A stretch of 64,000 nt of DNA from Bdellovibrionota bacterium (lineage in GTDB: Bacteria > Bdellovibrionota_C > UBA2361 > CALJRW01): positions 32,001-96,000 of the forward strand of contig JBGSMD010000046.1 of the NCBI GenBank assembly GCA_041740355.1. Direction: 5' to 3'. The notes beneath the pieces are model-generated. The model was not told where the DNA came from and ran no database searches. It worked only from the letters and a program-made list of their open reading frames with translations. The position numbers were made by a program, and so were the translations under genes. Positions within the stretch are counted from its first letter, which is position 1. Each line of letters begins with the position of its first letter. Of the stretch, positions 1-10,966 are shown one piece after another.

Positions 1-1
1 G

Positions 2-1633
2 ACCGCTTTATTAAATCAGAAATATAAAGTTGAATTACAAGACTCTTCTCAGAAGCATGTTGTCGTCGAGGACTTGGCTAAATATCAAATTATTTTCTTC
101 AACAATATTCCCTTTAGATCTTTGCCCGATCCGCTAGTTGACTCATTAAAGGGCTACCTAAAACAAGGGGGCTCACTAATGATGTTAGGTGGGAATAAAA
201 GCTTTGGACTTGGTGGCTATAAAGACACAGTAGTTGAGGAAATTTTACCAGTTAATGTTTTAAAGCCTGAAAAAATCCAACAACGAGTAAACGTTGCGGT
301 AGCTCTAGTGCTCGATAAATCAGGTAGCATGAGAGCTAGCCAAAGAATGGATTACACCAAGTTGGCTTCGCGCTCAGTAATTGAGGCATTAAAAGATGAT
401 GATTATTTCGGACTAATTGGTTTTGATAATCAGCCATTTATTGCACTCAATATGCAACAAATGAATGCTTCCAATAGAGAGAAAGCTGCTAAGCGTGTAG
501 AGCTATTATTCCCTAATGGCGGAACAAGTCTTTATCCAGCAATGGATGTTGCTCGGCAAGAATTAGAATTGGCTAAGGCAGGAAGAAAACACATGATTAT
601 TCTAACCGATGGTCGCTTGCCGGATGAAGCACAGTTGGGGTCTAGTTATCTGAATATGGCCCGAGAACTTAAGGCTACAAATATTTCTGTTTCTACTTTC
701 TTAATTGGGAGTGATGATTCCACCTTATTAAAAGAGATTGCAACTTTTGGTGGGGGGAAATTTCACCAAACAATGGATGCACAAAGTCTGCCACGTTTAT
801 TTTTAGATGATGTGAAGATGAATACTGCTGAAAAAACGCAAAAAGAATTCTCGGAGTACCCTGTTAAAAAGTTTCCTGGATCCAGTAGTCGCTTAACTAA
901 ACTAACTGAGTTTCCAAGTCTTCTGGGATATGTAGAAACTAAAATTAAGAAGGGTGCAGAATTAGAATTAGTTACAACCGCTGTTAATGATGATCCAATT
1001 TTAGCTGGCTGGACCCACGAAGGTGGTCGCGTGGTCGCCTTCACTGGAGATCTCTCTGGTCGTTGGTCAAAAAATTGGATTGTTTGGAAATCGATTTATG
1101 AGTTCTTAGAACAGGTTTTAAATTATTTGACTCCAAGCAAAGATGGACATTTATTTTCAGATTTTGAATTTGATTATTTGATTAAAGGGCAGAGGCTACA
1201 ACTTAACTTAACTACCTATCAAAGTTCTTTTCAGGTGGGAGATTTTCCACTGAATATTACTTGGGCTGATGATTCTACGGAAGAACAAAGTTTTATGACT
1301 ATAAGTAAAGGGTATTATCAGGCAGACATTGATGCTCCTGTAGCTGGACTTGCTAAGGTTAAACTCGGAACCCCTGATGGCCGGGATCACCAATTTATTA
1401 TTGACATTCCAAATCCTGACGAGGTTGAACGACCGATGGGTGTAAACCAAGCCTTCCTTAACTCATTAGCAAGTTTAAGTGGTGGTGAAATTAATCCAAA
1501 AGAAATTAAAGCCACTTCTGCCGCCCAGTCCAAGCAGACGGAGCAGTCTTGGCAGGTATCATTTTTACTAATGTCTTTAATTTTATTTCTGCTCGCGATC
1601 TGCGCACGAGAAGGTGTTTTCTCAAGGCGCTAG
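2..1633 (+). CDS. vWA-domain membrane-anchored protein with a preceding glutamine-amidotransferase-like domain (5' partial)
   Basis: Frame open from base 2. GGSLMMLGG..SFGLGGY..T.VEEILPV segment, then vWA MIDAS motif DKSGSM, GGT and ILTDG; C-terminal hydrophobic anchor. Confidence 0.8.
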   Translation, partial: TALLNQKYKVELQDSSQKHVVVEDLAKYQIIFFNNIPFRSLPDPLVDSLKGYLKQGGSLMMLGGNKSFGLGGYKDTVVEEILPVNVLKPEKIQQRVNVAVALVLDKSGSMRASQRMDYTKLASRSVIEALKDDDYFGLIGFDNQPFIALNMQQMNASNREKAAKRVELLFPNGGTSLYPAMDVARQELELAKAGRKHMIILTDGRLPDEAQLGSSYLNMARELKATNISVSTFLIGSDDSTLLKEIATFGGGKFHQTMDAQSLPRLFLDDVKMNTAEKTQKEFSEYPVKKFPGSSSRLTKLTEFPSLLGYVETKIKKGAELELVTTAVNDDPILAGWTHEGGRVVAFTGDLSGRWSKNWIVWKSIYEFLEQVLNYLTPSKDGHLFSDFEFDYLIKGQRLQLNLTTYQSSFQVGDFPLNITWADDSTEEQSFMTISKGYYQADIDAPVAGLAKVKLGTPDGRDHQFIIDIPNPDEVERPMGVNQAFLNSLASLSGGEINPKEIKATSAAQSKQTEQSWQVSFLLMSLILFLLAICAREGVFSRR

Positions 1634-1650
1634 TAATAAAAACTCTGTTT

Positions 1651-2583
1651 TTAAAGAGACTCTAAGTAGCGTTCAGCTTCAATCGAAGCCATACAACCGC
1701 TACCAGCTGCAGTGATCGCCTGACGATAAACTTTATCGCGAACATCACCACAAGCAAAAACACCGGGGATTTTTGTTTTAGTAGAATCCGGCGAAGTAAT
1801 AATATATCCATCTGTATCTAGATCTAGCTGTGTCTCAAATAATTGTGAATTTGGGACATGGCCAATTGCCATAAAAATTCCTGAAATTTCCAGTTCGCTT
1901 TTTGATTGATCTAAGGTGTTTGTTAGAATTATTTTTTTTAAACCTGCTGGTTTTTCACCAACTAATTCACTAACAGCACTATTCCAGACAAGCTCAATTT
2001 TTGGATTTTTAAATACTCTATCTTGCATGATTTTAGATGCTCGGAGCTGATCGCGGCGATGGATTAAGTAAACTTTCTTAGCAAAGCGAGTTAAGAAGAG
2101 CGCTTCTTCGCAGGCAGAATCACCACCTCCAACTACCGCAATAGTTTGCTCACGATAAAAAGCGCCATCGCAAGTTGCGCAGGTAGACACTCCAAAACCA
2201 ATTAAACTTTTTTCGTTGGGAAGATCTAAATATCTAGGATTAGCACCGGTAGCAATAATTATGGTATCAGTTGTAAATGTCTCTTCAGCAGTTTTAATTT
2301 TATATGGCTTAACTGTTAAATCTACCGCTTCGACCAGAGCAGTTTTAATATTACATCCAAAACGCTTGGCTTGGTTTTCCATTTCTTGCATTAGGTCAGG
2401 ACCAAGGATTCCATCAACAAATCCCGGATAGTTTTCTACCTCGGTAGTTGTTGTTAGCTGGCCACCAGGCATGCTGCCTTGAATTAAAAGGGGAGCTAGA
2501 TTTGCACGAGCAGAATAAATTGCAGCAGTGTATCCTGCAGGTCCCGAACCAATGATAATAATGTGGTGATGTTGAGTGCTCAT
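1651..2583 (-). CDS. trxB: Thioredoxin-disulfide reductase
   Basis: GSGPAG FAD motif, GGQL, CATCD redox centre, GGGDSA NADPH motif, QAITAAG; ATG at 2583 preferred over the track start. Confidence 0.97.
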   Translation of the reverse strand: MSTQHHHIIIIGSGPAGYTAAIYSARANLAPLLIQGSMPGGQLTTTTEVENYPGFVDGILGPDLMQEMENQAKRFGCNIKTALVEAVDLTVKPYKIKTAEETFTTDTIIIATGANPRYLDLPNEKSLIGFGVSTCATCDGAFYREQTIAVVGGGDSACEEALFLTRFAKKVYLIHRRDQLRASKIMQDRVFKNPKIELVWNSAVSELVGEKPAGLKKIILTNTLDQSKSELEISGIFMAIGHVPNSQLFETQLDLDTDGYIITSPDSTKTKIPGVFACGDVRDKVYRQAITAAGSGCMASIEAERYLESL

Positions 2584-2593
2584 AAGTGTTACG

Positions 2594-3301
2594 TTAATGA
2601 TTCTTGATAAATTCCGCAAGGTAACTTGGAATAGACGCTGTAAATTCAGTTTTATTACAATAAGAATTTTTTGGTACTTTAAGTGCTAAGCCATGTAGCA
2701 AAAATTTTGGAAATTCATTTAAATCATAATTGCTAAAAGATTTATCACTGCCATAAAGCGAGTCGCCAAGTAAAGGAATATTCAAAAAACCAGCTTGAGC
2801 ACGGACTTGATGCCGACGACCAAAACAAGTCTGAGCTTTTATTAAATAAAGTTTTTTAGAAATAATTTCTTGTTCTACTGAAAATAGTGTTTCTGCATAA
2901 AGTGCTCGCGGGATAGGATCTTCCGAAATACTTATTTTTTTACTCCCCCGATAGCGAGAGTATAGATAATTTTTCACCCAGGTAGGCTGACTAATCCCTC
3001 GTTCGCTTAAAAATAAATACTCCTTGGCCAGTTGGTGATTTTTAATTTTTTCTTTAAAGAAATTAAAAGCAGGAATTGTTTTGGCAACAAGAAAGCATCC
3101 GGAAGTTTCATAATCAAGTCGTTGAAGCAAGCCACCTTCCTCGTTAATTAATAAATTTTGCGGATAAGAATTTTTTATAAACTCTGCAATTGTATTCTCT
3201 GAGTTTTTACCAAAAGTAGAATGTACTTCGGCCGGCTTATTAATTACTAAGATACTTTCATTTTCAAAGATGATTTGGTAGCCTGCCTTTTTCTTTTCCA
3301 T
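2594..3301 (-). CDS. RluA-family RNA pseudouridine synthase
   Basis: INKPA, QRLDYETSG (catalytic Asp), GRRHQVR, LLGDSLYG, LLH motifs. Confidence 0.9.
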   Translation of the reverse strand: MEKKKAGYQIIFENESILVINKPAEVHSTFGKNSENTIAEFIKNSYPQNLLINEEGGLLQRLDYETSGCFLVAKTIPAFNFFKEKIKNHQLAKEYLFLSERGISQPTWVKNYLYSRYRGSKKISISEDPIPRALYAETLFSVEQEIISKKLYLIKAQTCFGRRHQVRAQAGFLNIPLLGDSLYGSDKSFSNYDLNEFPKFLLHGLALKVPKNSYCNKTEFTASIPSYLAEFIKNH

Positions 3302-3317
3302 ATATCAGACTAATTTA

Positions 3318-3800
3318 ATGAAGAATCTAACTTTAAAGCAAGTGCTTCAAAAATACTCCGAGGGTCCGCAAACAGGAATTTTCACAGATGGTGGATCTCG
3401 GCCCAATCCTGGACCTGGTGGATGGGGCGTTGTTCGTGTCGCTAATGGAGAAGTAGTGCAGCAGCTCTATGGCTCAGATCCAATGACTACTAACAATCGA
3501 ATGGAAATGACTGCTATTATTAATGCCTTAAAGTCTATTTCTGTAGATGAAGATGTAACAATCTACGCGGACAGTCAGCTCTGTATTAATACGCTCACAG
3601 TCTGGGCTAAGTCTTGGGAGCGTAATGCTTGGAAAAAGAAAGGTGGAGAGATTAAGAATCTAGATTTAGTTCAAGAAGCTTATGCCTTGTTTCAAGAACG
3701 ACCACGCACACGATTTGAATGGATTGCCGGCCATGGTGGTTGGTTGTGGAATGAATACGTTGATTCTCTGTCTGCTGCCTGGGCTAGAGAAGTTCTGTAG
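3318..3800 (+). CDS. rnhA: Ribonuclease HI
   Basis: FTDGGSRPNPGPGGWG, TTNNRME, DSQ, KNLDL, W..GH, NE.VD.L motifs. Confidence 0.95.
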   Translation: MKNLTLKQVLQKYSEGPQTGIFTDGGSRPNPGPGGWGVVRVANGEVVQQLYGSDPMTTNNRMEMTAIINALKSISVDEDVTIYADSQLCINTLTVWAKSWERNAWKKKGGEIKNLDLVQEAYALFQERPRTRFEWIAGHGGWLWNEYVDSLSAAWAREVL

Positions 3801-3802
3801 TT

Positions 3803-3870
3803 CTCCCCTTTTGGGACAAAGAATCTCGAGCCATTTAAACATTCTGATGTAAAATGTCCCAAAAGGGGAG
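3803..3870. repeat. 16-bp perfect inverted repeat between convergent genes
   Basis: CTCCCCTTTTGGGACA (3803-3818) and TGTCCCAAAAGGGGAG (3855-3870). Confidence 0.8.
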
Positions 3871-3874
3871 GGTG

Positions 3875-4774
3875 CTATTGCTCTAGCTCCACAACCTGAG
3901 TAAGGATTTTTCCCAGATACTGATTCGTTAAGTTCTCATTTCCTAGTTTAGAAAATTTCTTAATCGCTTCTTCCCAAGTTCCAGCGGCGGCTTTTTTTTC
4001 TACTAATAATTGCAGACCTAAGCGGATGTTATAAATCGGATGATATAAACTCACCGTTCCTAAGAAGGGCAAATTAATTTTTTTAGTAATTAATTTAGCT
4101 TCATCTGGATGGATTTGTAATAGACCCACTCGACCATTGCTACTTTCCGAGTAGCGATTAAATTGTGATTCCAAACTAATTAATAGAGTTGTTATGATTG
4201 GGTTAAGTTTAATTGCCTGACTTTCGGTAATGATAATTGTTGCTAATTCCTCGGAATTTAAATTAGCAATCTTTTGTTTGGCTATATATTTGGCAATAAA
4301 TACTTGATAATTTTTACTTTGATCAAAATCAAAAATCTTATTGGAATTTTCTAACGAGGGACTTACGATGGGCTCTAGGGTATCGGTTGTAACTTCAGCT
4401 ATTACTGTTTCCAAGGAGATCTTTGGTGTTGGTTCCGGAGTAACAGTAAGCTCCTGATTCTTAATTTCAGTCTCTTTAATTTCTGAGACTATCGAATCTT
4501 TAATGATCTTGTCTGGAAATATTTCCCCTTCCTTTTTAAAAAGTCCTTTCAATAATTCTGACTTTTCAAAGTCTTCGATTGACTTTGTATTTCCTTCTAC
4601 CACTTGATTAATTACTGGGTTATCTGGATTACTCTCTGCTGATTGTTTCTTTTTAGATAATACTTTCAGGCTTCCTAGGAGTAGTACTGAAAGGAAGAAG
4701 CAAAATACAGCTAGCCTGATAGCTACTTTAAAATAACTCAAATGATTATTTGGTTGATGTTCCAATGATGTCAT
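3875..4774 (-). CDS. Membrane-anchored lytic transglycosylase (SLT-domain) protein, divergent
   Basis: N-terminal TM; ISLESQF, GLLQI, P.YNIRLG; the usual AYN motif is absent. Confidence 0.8.
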   Translation of the reverse strand: MTSLEHQPNNHLSYFKVAIRLAVFCFFLSVLLLGSLKVLSKKKQSAESNPDNPVINQVVEGNTKSIEDFEKSELLKGLFKKEGEIFPDKIIKDSIVSEIKETEIKNQELTVTPEPTPKISLETVIAEVTTDTLEPIVSPSLENSNKIFDFDQSKNYQVFIAKYIAKQKIANLNSEELATIIITESQAIKLNPIITTLLISLESQFNRYSESSNGRVGLLQIHPDEAKLITKKINLPFLGTVSLYHPIYNIRLGLQLLVEKKAAAGTWEEAIKKFSKLGNENLTNQYLGKILTQVVELEQ

Positions 4775-4789
4775 TAAGACTTTGCCGGA

Positions 4790-5617
4790 TTAAATTGTTT
4801 GCAAGATGCTGATATCTTTTTTGCCAGAGTGTTGGGTGTAAGCATGCTTCCAATTATCCCTTAGTTTTTGAATTTTGGCACTGTAACTAATGCTAACGCT
4901 TGGAGGATTCTTACCTTTCATTACATTATTAGGCCCCCAGTTATAGGCTAAAAGCATCTTATGAGTATTCCCAGAAAATATTTTCTTAAGATATTGAATG
5001 TACGATATTCCTAATCTTAAGTTGACGGTAGGATTATCTAAAGTGTGTAAACCTTTCCACTGATAGTTAATTTTTCTAGCAATGTATTCTCCAGTTTTTG
5101 GCATTATTTGCATTAGGCCTCTCGCACCAACATTTGATCTAGCATGTGTGCGAAAAGAGCTTTCTGAAAAGACTACAGCTGCTACGAAAAAAGGATCTTC
5201 GTTGGCGATTAAACTCTCACTAATGATTTTAAATGCCAATTCTTCCGGGTTAGAAATATCATATTTTGTTTTGCTGATAATTTCTTCGCTAAAAAAGGAA
5301 ATTAGCTGGGCAAACTCTAATTGCGAGTGATGATCTCCCGGAACGAATTCGATAATTGGTGATTTTCGAGAAATAAAACCAGTTTGAAGAGTAAAGTCAC
5401 TCCAATAGTCATTAGTAGCAAGGATTTCTAAGGAAGATGATAACTTATTATTAACAGCGAGTGGGATTGCAATAATGATCAGACTAGCAATCGCTAGAAA
5501 TAAACACAGGATTCCAAGATCTAGTTTTGTAATCTTGGATTGGACTTCAGCATTGCTATCTAGTGATAATAACTCTTCAACAACCAGCTTATCATTAATA
5601 AAACCTGCTAAATCCAT
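4790..5617 (-). CDS. Lytic transglycosylase (SLT domain)
   Basis: ESSF, ARSNVGARGLMQIMP.TG, LAYNWGP; N-terminal TM. Start uncertain (5617 or 5656). Confidence 0.9.
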   Translation of the reverse strand: MDLAGFINDKLVVEELLSLDSNAEVQSKITKLDLGILCLFLAIASLIIIAIPLAVNNKLSSSLEILATNDYWSDFTLQTGFISRKSPIIEFVPGDHHSQLEFAQLISFFSEEIISKTKYDISNPEELAFKIISESLIANEDPFFVAAVVFSESSFRTHARSNVGARGLMQIMPKTGEYIARKINYQWKGLHTLDNPTVNLRLGISYIQYLKKIFSGNTHKMLLAYNWGPNNVMKGKNPPSVSISYSAKIQKLRDNWKHAYTQHSGKKDISILQTI

Positions 5618-5748
5618 ATAATAACATCGGATTTTGAATAGTATTTGCTTCAGCATAAGATTTCTAGTAAAATCAAGTATTTGTGGCACTCAAATCATTG
5701 GCATATTTAGCCCTTGAGTTAGATGAACCTTTTTGCACGGCTAGATTC

Positions 5749-7626
5749 ATGAATTATTCAGTTATCGTTATCGGTGGAGGGCATGCAGGAGTTGAAGCTG
5801 CTGCTGCTGCCTGTCGTTTGGGTGCAACAGTTGCCTTGGTAACTCTTCGAAAAGAAGGTATCGGACAAATGTCCTGTAACCCAGCAATTGGTGGTTTAGG
5901 TAAAGGCCAATTAGTCAAAGAAGTTGATGCGCTAGGAGGTTTGATGGGCCAAGCTATTGATAATACTGGAGTTCAATTCAGGATTCTAAACTCCAGCCGT
6001 GGGCCTGCTGTCCAATCATCCAGAGCTCAAGCAGACCGCACATTATACAAAGAAGAGATTCAAAGACTCCTAGGATTACTGCCAAACTTAGATATTATTG
6101 AAGGTGAGGTTGCTCAGATTTTAGCTAATAATCATGAGGTAAAGGGTATTGTACTTAAGGATGGTTTGCAGCTGCATTCTTCAAACATTGTTCTAACTTC
6201 GGGCACTTTTCTTCGTGGGCTGATGCATACAGGTTCTAATATTACTCCAGGTGGTCGACATGGGGATATTTCCTCTAACAATTTAAGTGATTCTTTAAAG
6301 GATCTTGGTTTTGAACTGGGCAGGTTAAAAACTGGAACACCTGCAAGGTTGCGACTTTCTTCGATTGATTTCTCGAAAACTGAAGAGCAATGCGGTGATT
6401 TAGTTCCCCAACCTTTTTCGATGCTAACGAAGAAGATTGATCGAAAACAAATTTCTTGTTGGATTACCAGTACCTCAGAGGCAACCCACGAGATTATTCG
6501 CACAAACAAAGAGCGCAGTCCGATGTTTAATGGTCAAATAAAATCCGGCGGTCCAAGATACTGCCCATCAATTGAAGATAAGGTTTTTCGTTTCACAGAT
6601 AAAAATAGTCATCATGTATTTTTAGAACCAGAAGGTTATGATTCGGACATTGTCTATCCCAATGGAATCTCCACAAGTTTACCTTTAGATGTTCAAGATA
6701 AATTTATTCGAACTATTCCAGGTTTGGAAAATGTTGAAATTCTTGTTCCTGGATATGCTGTGGAATATGACATGGTCGATCCACGAAACTTGAAACCAAC
6801 TTTAGAAACAAAATTAATTGCTGGATTATATTTTGCAGGACAGATTAACGGCACTTCCGGATATGAAGAAGCCGCAGGACAAGGAGTAGTTGCCGGAGCA
6901 AATGCAGCACTTAGATTTCAAGAACAAGAGCAACTAATTCTTTCCAGAGCCGAGGCTTACATTGGGGTGATGATTGATGATCTAATTAGTAAAGGCGTTG
7001 ATGAGCCTTATCGAATGTTCACCTCGCGCGCTGAGTATCGACTGATACTTAGAGAGGACAACGTTTCTTTACGATTGTGCCCTAAGGCAATCGAGCTAGG
7101 TCTATTATCAGAGGCAGGTATTGTTCGTTATCAAGAACTGCAAGCAGCTTACGATCAACTGAGCCTTAATATTGAACAAGAACGAATTTCTCCAAAACGA
7201 CATCAGGATATAATTGAAAAGCTACCAACAAGCAGTGAAGTCAAAGATGGAACAAAGGTTGCTGATTTAGTTCGTCGGCCTGAGCTTAAGCTCGAACAAA
7301 TATTAGAATTTTTCCCAGATTGGGGAATTTTTCCAAGTCAAATTATTACAATGGTAGAAACGCAGTTAAAATTTTCTGGTTATATTAAAAGACAAGAGTC
7401 CGAGATTGAGCAGCTAAAAAAAGCTGAGCGGCAATTAATTCCGGAAGGCTTCGCTTACCACAACGTGTCTGGACTTCGAGAAGAATTTAAACAAAAACTT
7501 TCTCTTGCTCGACCTCATTCGCTGGGTCAAGCAATGCGCATACCGGGAATGACACCAAGTGCCGTGAGTCTATTATCAATTAGCTTGAAAAAGTCTTTGT
7601 CGCAGGAAGCTCCGCAGTTAAACTAA
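5749..7626 (+). CDS. mnmG: tRNA uridine 5-carboxymethylaminomethyl modification enzyme MnmG/GidA
   Basis: [61 protein letters not shown]. Confidence 0.98.
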   Translation: MNYSVIVIGGGHAGVEAAAAACRLGATVALVTLRKEGIGQMSCNPAIGGLGKGQLVKEVDALGGLMGQAIDNTGVQFRILNSSRGPAVQSSRAQADRTLYKEEIQRLLGLLPNLDIIEGEVAQILANNHEVKGIVLKDGLQLHSSNIVLTSGTFLRGLMHTGSNITPGGRHGDISSNNLSDSLKDLGFELGRLKTGTPARLRLSSIDFSKTEEQCGDLVPQPFSMLTKKIDRKQISCWITSTSEATHEIIRTNKERSPMFNGQIKSGGPRYCPSIEDKVFRFTDKNSHHVFLEPEGYDSDIVYPNGISTSLPLDVQDKFIRTIPGLENVEILVPGYAVEYDMVDPRNLKPTLETKLIAGLYFAGQINGTSGYEEAAGQGVVAGANAALRFQEQEQLILSRAEAYIGVMIDDLISKGVDEPYRMFTSRAEYRLILREDNVSLRLCPKAIELGLLSEAGIVRYQELQAAYDQLSLNIEQERISPKRHQDIIEKLPTSSEVKDGTKVADLVRRPELKLEQILEFFPDWGIFPSQIITMVETQLKFSGYIKRQESEIEQLKKAERQLIPEGFAYHNVSGLREEFKQKLSLARPHSLGQAMRIPGMTPSAVSLLSISLKKSLSQEAPQLN

Positions 7627-7885
7627 CACATAAGATCTCTGGCAATATATTTTCGAACAAAAATCCTAGAAAGTTATTAATAAAAACTTATTATATTATC
7701 CAAAAAAATTAATTGCTTATTAATAAAATAAGGTAAGCTGTTTTTTTGAAATAACCATGTGATTTTATTATCCCTCCGAGAGACAGGGAGTATCAAAAAG
7801 TAATTTACCTCAGGAAATTAAGAACTTAATAATGATAACGATAGTATCATTCATTAAGCTTCTCTAGGGGGTAAGCAGGAGACAA

Positions 7886-7967
7886 ATAGTAAACCCAACT
7901 TGAAACAGATTCGTCACTCTATGGTATATCCAAAGGCACTTTGAAGAAATCTAATAAGTGGGACTAT
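7886..7967. mobile_element. ATAGT...ACTAT hairpin/MITE-like element
   Basis: ATAGTAAACCCAACTT ... AAGTGGGACTAT; the left end matches the reverse complement of the right end of the 40491-40637 element. Confidence 0.55.
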
Positions 7968-8407
7968 ATATATGCAGAATTTTATATCGACTAAAGTTTA
8001 TTTGAAAGTATTTTGAATTTGCGATAACTGCCTGAAATCATTACACAGAAACCAGTTCAAAGAACCACAATGATCTAAGTAGTATCGATTGAGTTAAACC
8101 TAAGCTAGCTAAGGTTAGCAATCCGCAACCTCGGTCTAGTTCTACTATTTAATAACTTTCTTAAAATAGGAAATTATCAAATAAAGAATATTACTTCTCG
8201 GGCAGTGTTAAAATTGAAGCAAAATAAAAATAGAACATTAAAGAGCATAAAGAATAACTAGATGATTCATTTTAGTTAGTTGAAATGTAAAATAACTTAT
8301 TGCAAATATTTTTTAACGATGTATGTTACTGGTCAGATTCAGGTGCTACATTTCCAGCATTGAGTCTGGCCAATATTATTGTTCTTTTTTCGCTAATGGA
8401 GAATTAC

Positions 8408-10240
8408 ATGCCAAAATTTCAACAGAAATTTAATCTCAAAAAAATCTCATGTTTGATTTTTGCCCTACTTTTATCAATGCCAATTCAGGTATTTTCTGAA
8501 GAAGCAGAATCATCAAAAAAATTAAGCTTTGAATTTAACGACGCCAAAGAGTCAGTATTCACAGCTAAGTCAGAGTCTGATTTAGACTATCTTTTCGAAA
8601 AGTCTGCTAGCAGTGAATATGTACTTACTCTTAAGGACACTCCACTCCCAGAAGGTCAGGAAGAGTCGTTGATTGCCAAGGACGTTGCTGCCGACATCCG
8701 CTCTGTTCGATTTGTTACTAAAGGTGCAGATCTTCAGTTAAGATTCTTCACTAAGCCAAATGTTTTCTTACAAGCTAATCAGAGCAAAGGATCAATAGTT
8801 GTTGGATCTGCTTTGGGTGAAATTGCACCAGCAGACGTAATGGCCCAAGCTAACGAAGTTGAATTAGAGGGCGAAGTTACTGGACAATTCGAAGAGTCAT
8901 TTAGTGAAGGTTTCGAATCAAAGTACACTGGCCGTTTAATTTCATTAGATCTACAAGATACCGATATTGATAACGCTTTAAGAATTATCGCTGAAGTTTC
9001 TAACTTGAATATCATAGCAAGCGATGATGTTGGTGGTAAGGTTACATTGAGACTTCAAGATGTTCCATGGGATCAAGCATTAGACGTAATTCTTAAGACT
9101 AATGGATTAGACTTAGTTCGAGAAGGAAATGTTGTTCGTATTGCTCCTCTTGAAAAATTAAGATCAGAAAGAGAAGCGCTGAAGCAAGCTAAGCAAGCTG
9201 AAGAAGAGTTAGAACCGCTTAGAGTTCAATACTTAAGAATTAGCTATGCTCGTGCCTCAGAACTACAGCCAATGATCGAAAGTATCTTAACGGAAAGAGG
9301 AAGCGTTGCATTTGACGAACGTACAAACCAGTTAATCATTAAAGATATTACACGTGGGTTAACTAATGCTCAAAAATTGGTTGAGAAGTTGGATTTAAGA
9401 ACTCCTCAAGTTTTAATTGAAGCACAAATTGTTGAAGCAACAAGAACTTTCACAAGAAGACTTGGTAGTCAGTTAGGTTTCAATTTGCTGCGTTCTCCAG
9501 ATCTTGGAAATGCTCTTCCTTACAATTTCCCTAACTCAGCAGAAATTGGTGGTTCGGCAGTTTCTCCAACTGGGGAATCAAACGGTAACGTTTCTGAATT
9601 TGCTAACGGTGAATCTTCTGCTCTTAGCTTCTTATTCGGTAGTTCCGATGGATCAAAAAGCTTAAGTTTTCGTTTAACTCAAGCAGAAGAAGAAGGTGTA
9701 GCTAAAATTGTAAGCCGACCTTCGGTTGCTGTAGCTAATAACACGCCTGCAGAAATTAAGGCTGTTAGAAAGTTAAGAATTAAACTTCCAGCAGGTGGTG
9801 GCGTTAATATCGGTGTTGGAGCAGGTGCTGCCGGCGGCGGAGGTGGTAACGTTGCAACTGAGACGATCGAAGTTGGTATTGTTCTTAATGTTACTGCGCA
9901 AGCGTCCCCAGATTATTTTGTTCTTATGGACATCGATGCCAAGTCAAGCTCACTAGGTACTTTCGATATCGAAGGGGTACCTGAAGAGTTAGAGAGATCT
10001 GCTACTTCTAGCGTACTAGTATCAAGTGGACAGACATTTGCTATGGGTGGAATTTACAAAATTGATGAGACTAATGGTACTAATGGAATACCTTTCTTTA
10101 AGGATATCCCTGTACTAGGTCACTTCTTTAGAAGTGCAACAACAATCGATTCAGATCAAGAGTTGCTGTTTTTCTTAACTCCTCGAATCATCGAAGGAAG
10201 TTTTGATGATGCAGCTTTAGAAGATGAGTCAGAAGTATAA
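8408..10240 (+). CDS. pilQ: Type IV pilus secretin PilQ
   Basis: Signal peptide; YTGRLISLDLQD.DI, VTLRLQDVPWDQALD, DERTNQLII, PQVLIEAQIVE, GIPFFKDIPVLGHFFR, ELLFFLTPRII; GGAG RBS before ATG 8408. Confidence 0.93.
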   Translation: MPKFQQKFNLKKISCLIFALLLSMPIQVFSEEAESSKKLSFEFNDAKESVFTAKSESDLDYLFEKSASSEYVLTLKDTPLPEGQEESLIAKDVAADIRSVRFVTKGADLQLRFFTKPNVFLQANQSKGSIVVGSALGEIAPADVMAQANEVELEGEVTGQFEESFSEGFESKYTGRLISLDLQDTDIDNALRIIAEVSNLNIIASDDVGGKVTLRLQDVPWDQALDVILKTNGLDLVREGNVVRIAPLEKLRSEREALKQAKQAEEELEPLRVQYLRISYARASELQPMIESILTERGSVAFDERTNQLIIKDITRGLTNAQKLVEKLDLRTPQVLIEAQIVEATRTFTRRLGSQLGFNLLRSPDLGNALPYNFPNSAEIGGSAVSPTGESNGNVSEFANGESSALSFLFGSSDGSKSLSFRLTQAEEEGVAKIVSRPSVAVANNTPAEIKAVRKLRIKLPAGGGVNIGVGAGAAGGGGGNVATETIEVGIVLNVTAQASPDYFVLMDIDAKSSSLGTFDIEGVPEELERSATSSVLVSSGQTFAMGGIYKIDETNGTNGIPFFKDIPVLGHFFRSATTIDSDQELLFFLTPRIIEGSFDDAALEDESEV

Positions 10241-10261
10241 TTTTTCTTGGAGATATATCAG

Positions 10262-10912
10262 ATGAAACTTATTAAACTGTTTCTAATTACATTTGTAGCC
10301 TTTGCCGTATCATGTGGTGACTCCACTAGAAATGATAATGGTGTTAGCTTTACTTTTTTTGGATGGTTCCAGGATGATGCTGGAGATGTTGGAGCAACTA
10401 GCGGCACTTTGCCACTGGATGGTTCTGGAATAAATAGTAATAATGTACAGCTTTTTGGAGGCTTGCAAAATAACTTAACAGGCCAGTTCATTAGAATTGA
10501 GCGAGCATTCCATAGCTATACTGTGCCAGGCAGTTCAATCAGAATTCCTGATACATCTGTTGGTGTTGCTTCGTTTGTAAGGCCACCAGTAGTAGGTACT
10601 GGTGATGCTGTTCAAAGCGGAACTACATTACCAACAAATGCTTTCACAGATGCAGGTGCTGCTTATGCTGGAACGTCTTTAGTTCCACCATCAATTGGAC
10701 AGTATATTTCTTTAAACAGATCGCAGTTACCTGAACTTCCATTTCAAATGATTATTACTACATATTATGAAGGTGTAACATCAGGTGGTAGAAGAATTCA
10801 GTCTAACCCAATCCAATTAGAAATAGTAGTTGTTTCCGATTTAGATTTAGGTGGTGGTGCAGTAGATGAAGGCGCACCAGTAGATGAAGTGCCAGTTGAG
10901 GATCTTCCTTAA
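10262..10912 (+). CDS. Hypothetical lipoprotein
   Basis: Lipobox AVSC after a hydrophobic stretch; GGAG RBS; beta-rich with acidic tail. Confidence 0.75.
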   Translation: MKLIKLFLITFVAFAVSCGDSTRNDNGVSFTFFGWFQDDAGDVGATSGTLPLDGSGINSNNVQLFGGLQNNLTGQFIRIERAFHSYTVPGSSIRIPDTSVGVASFVRPPVVGTGDAVQSGTTLPTNAFTDAGAAYAGTSLVPPSIGQYISLNRSQLPELPFQMIITTYYEGVTSGGRRIQSNPIQLEIVVVSDLDLGGGAVDEGAPVDEVPVEDLP

Positions 10913-10966
10913 TTTTAAACTTCTATATTTATAATGAATAATATTTTTTTAATAAGGAAGGCTTTA

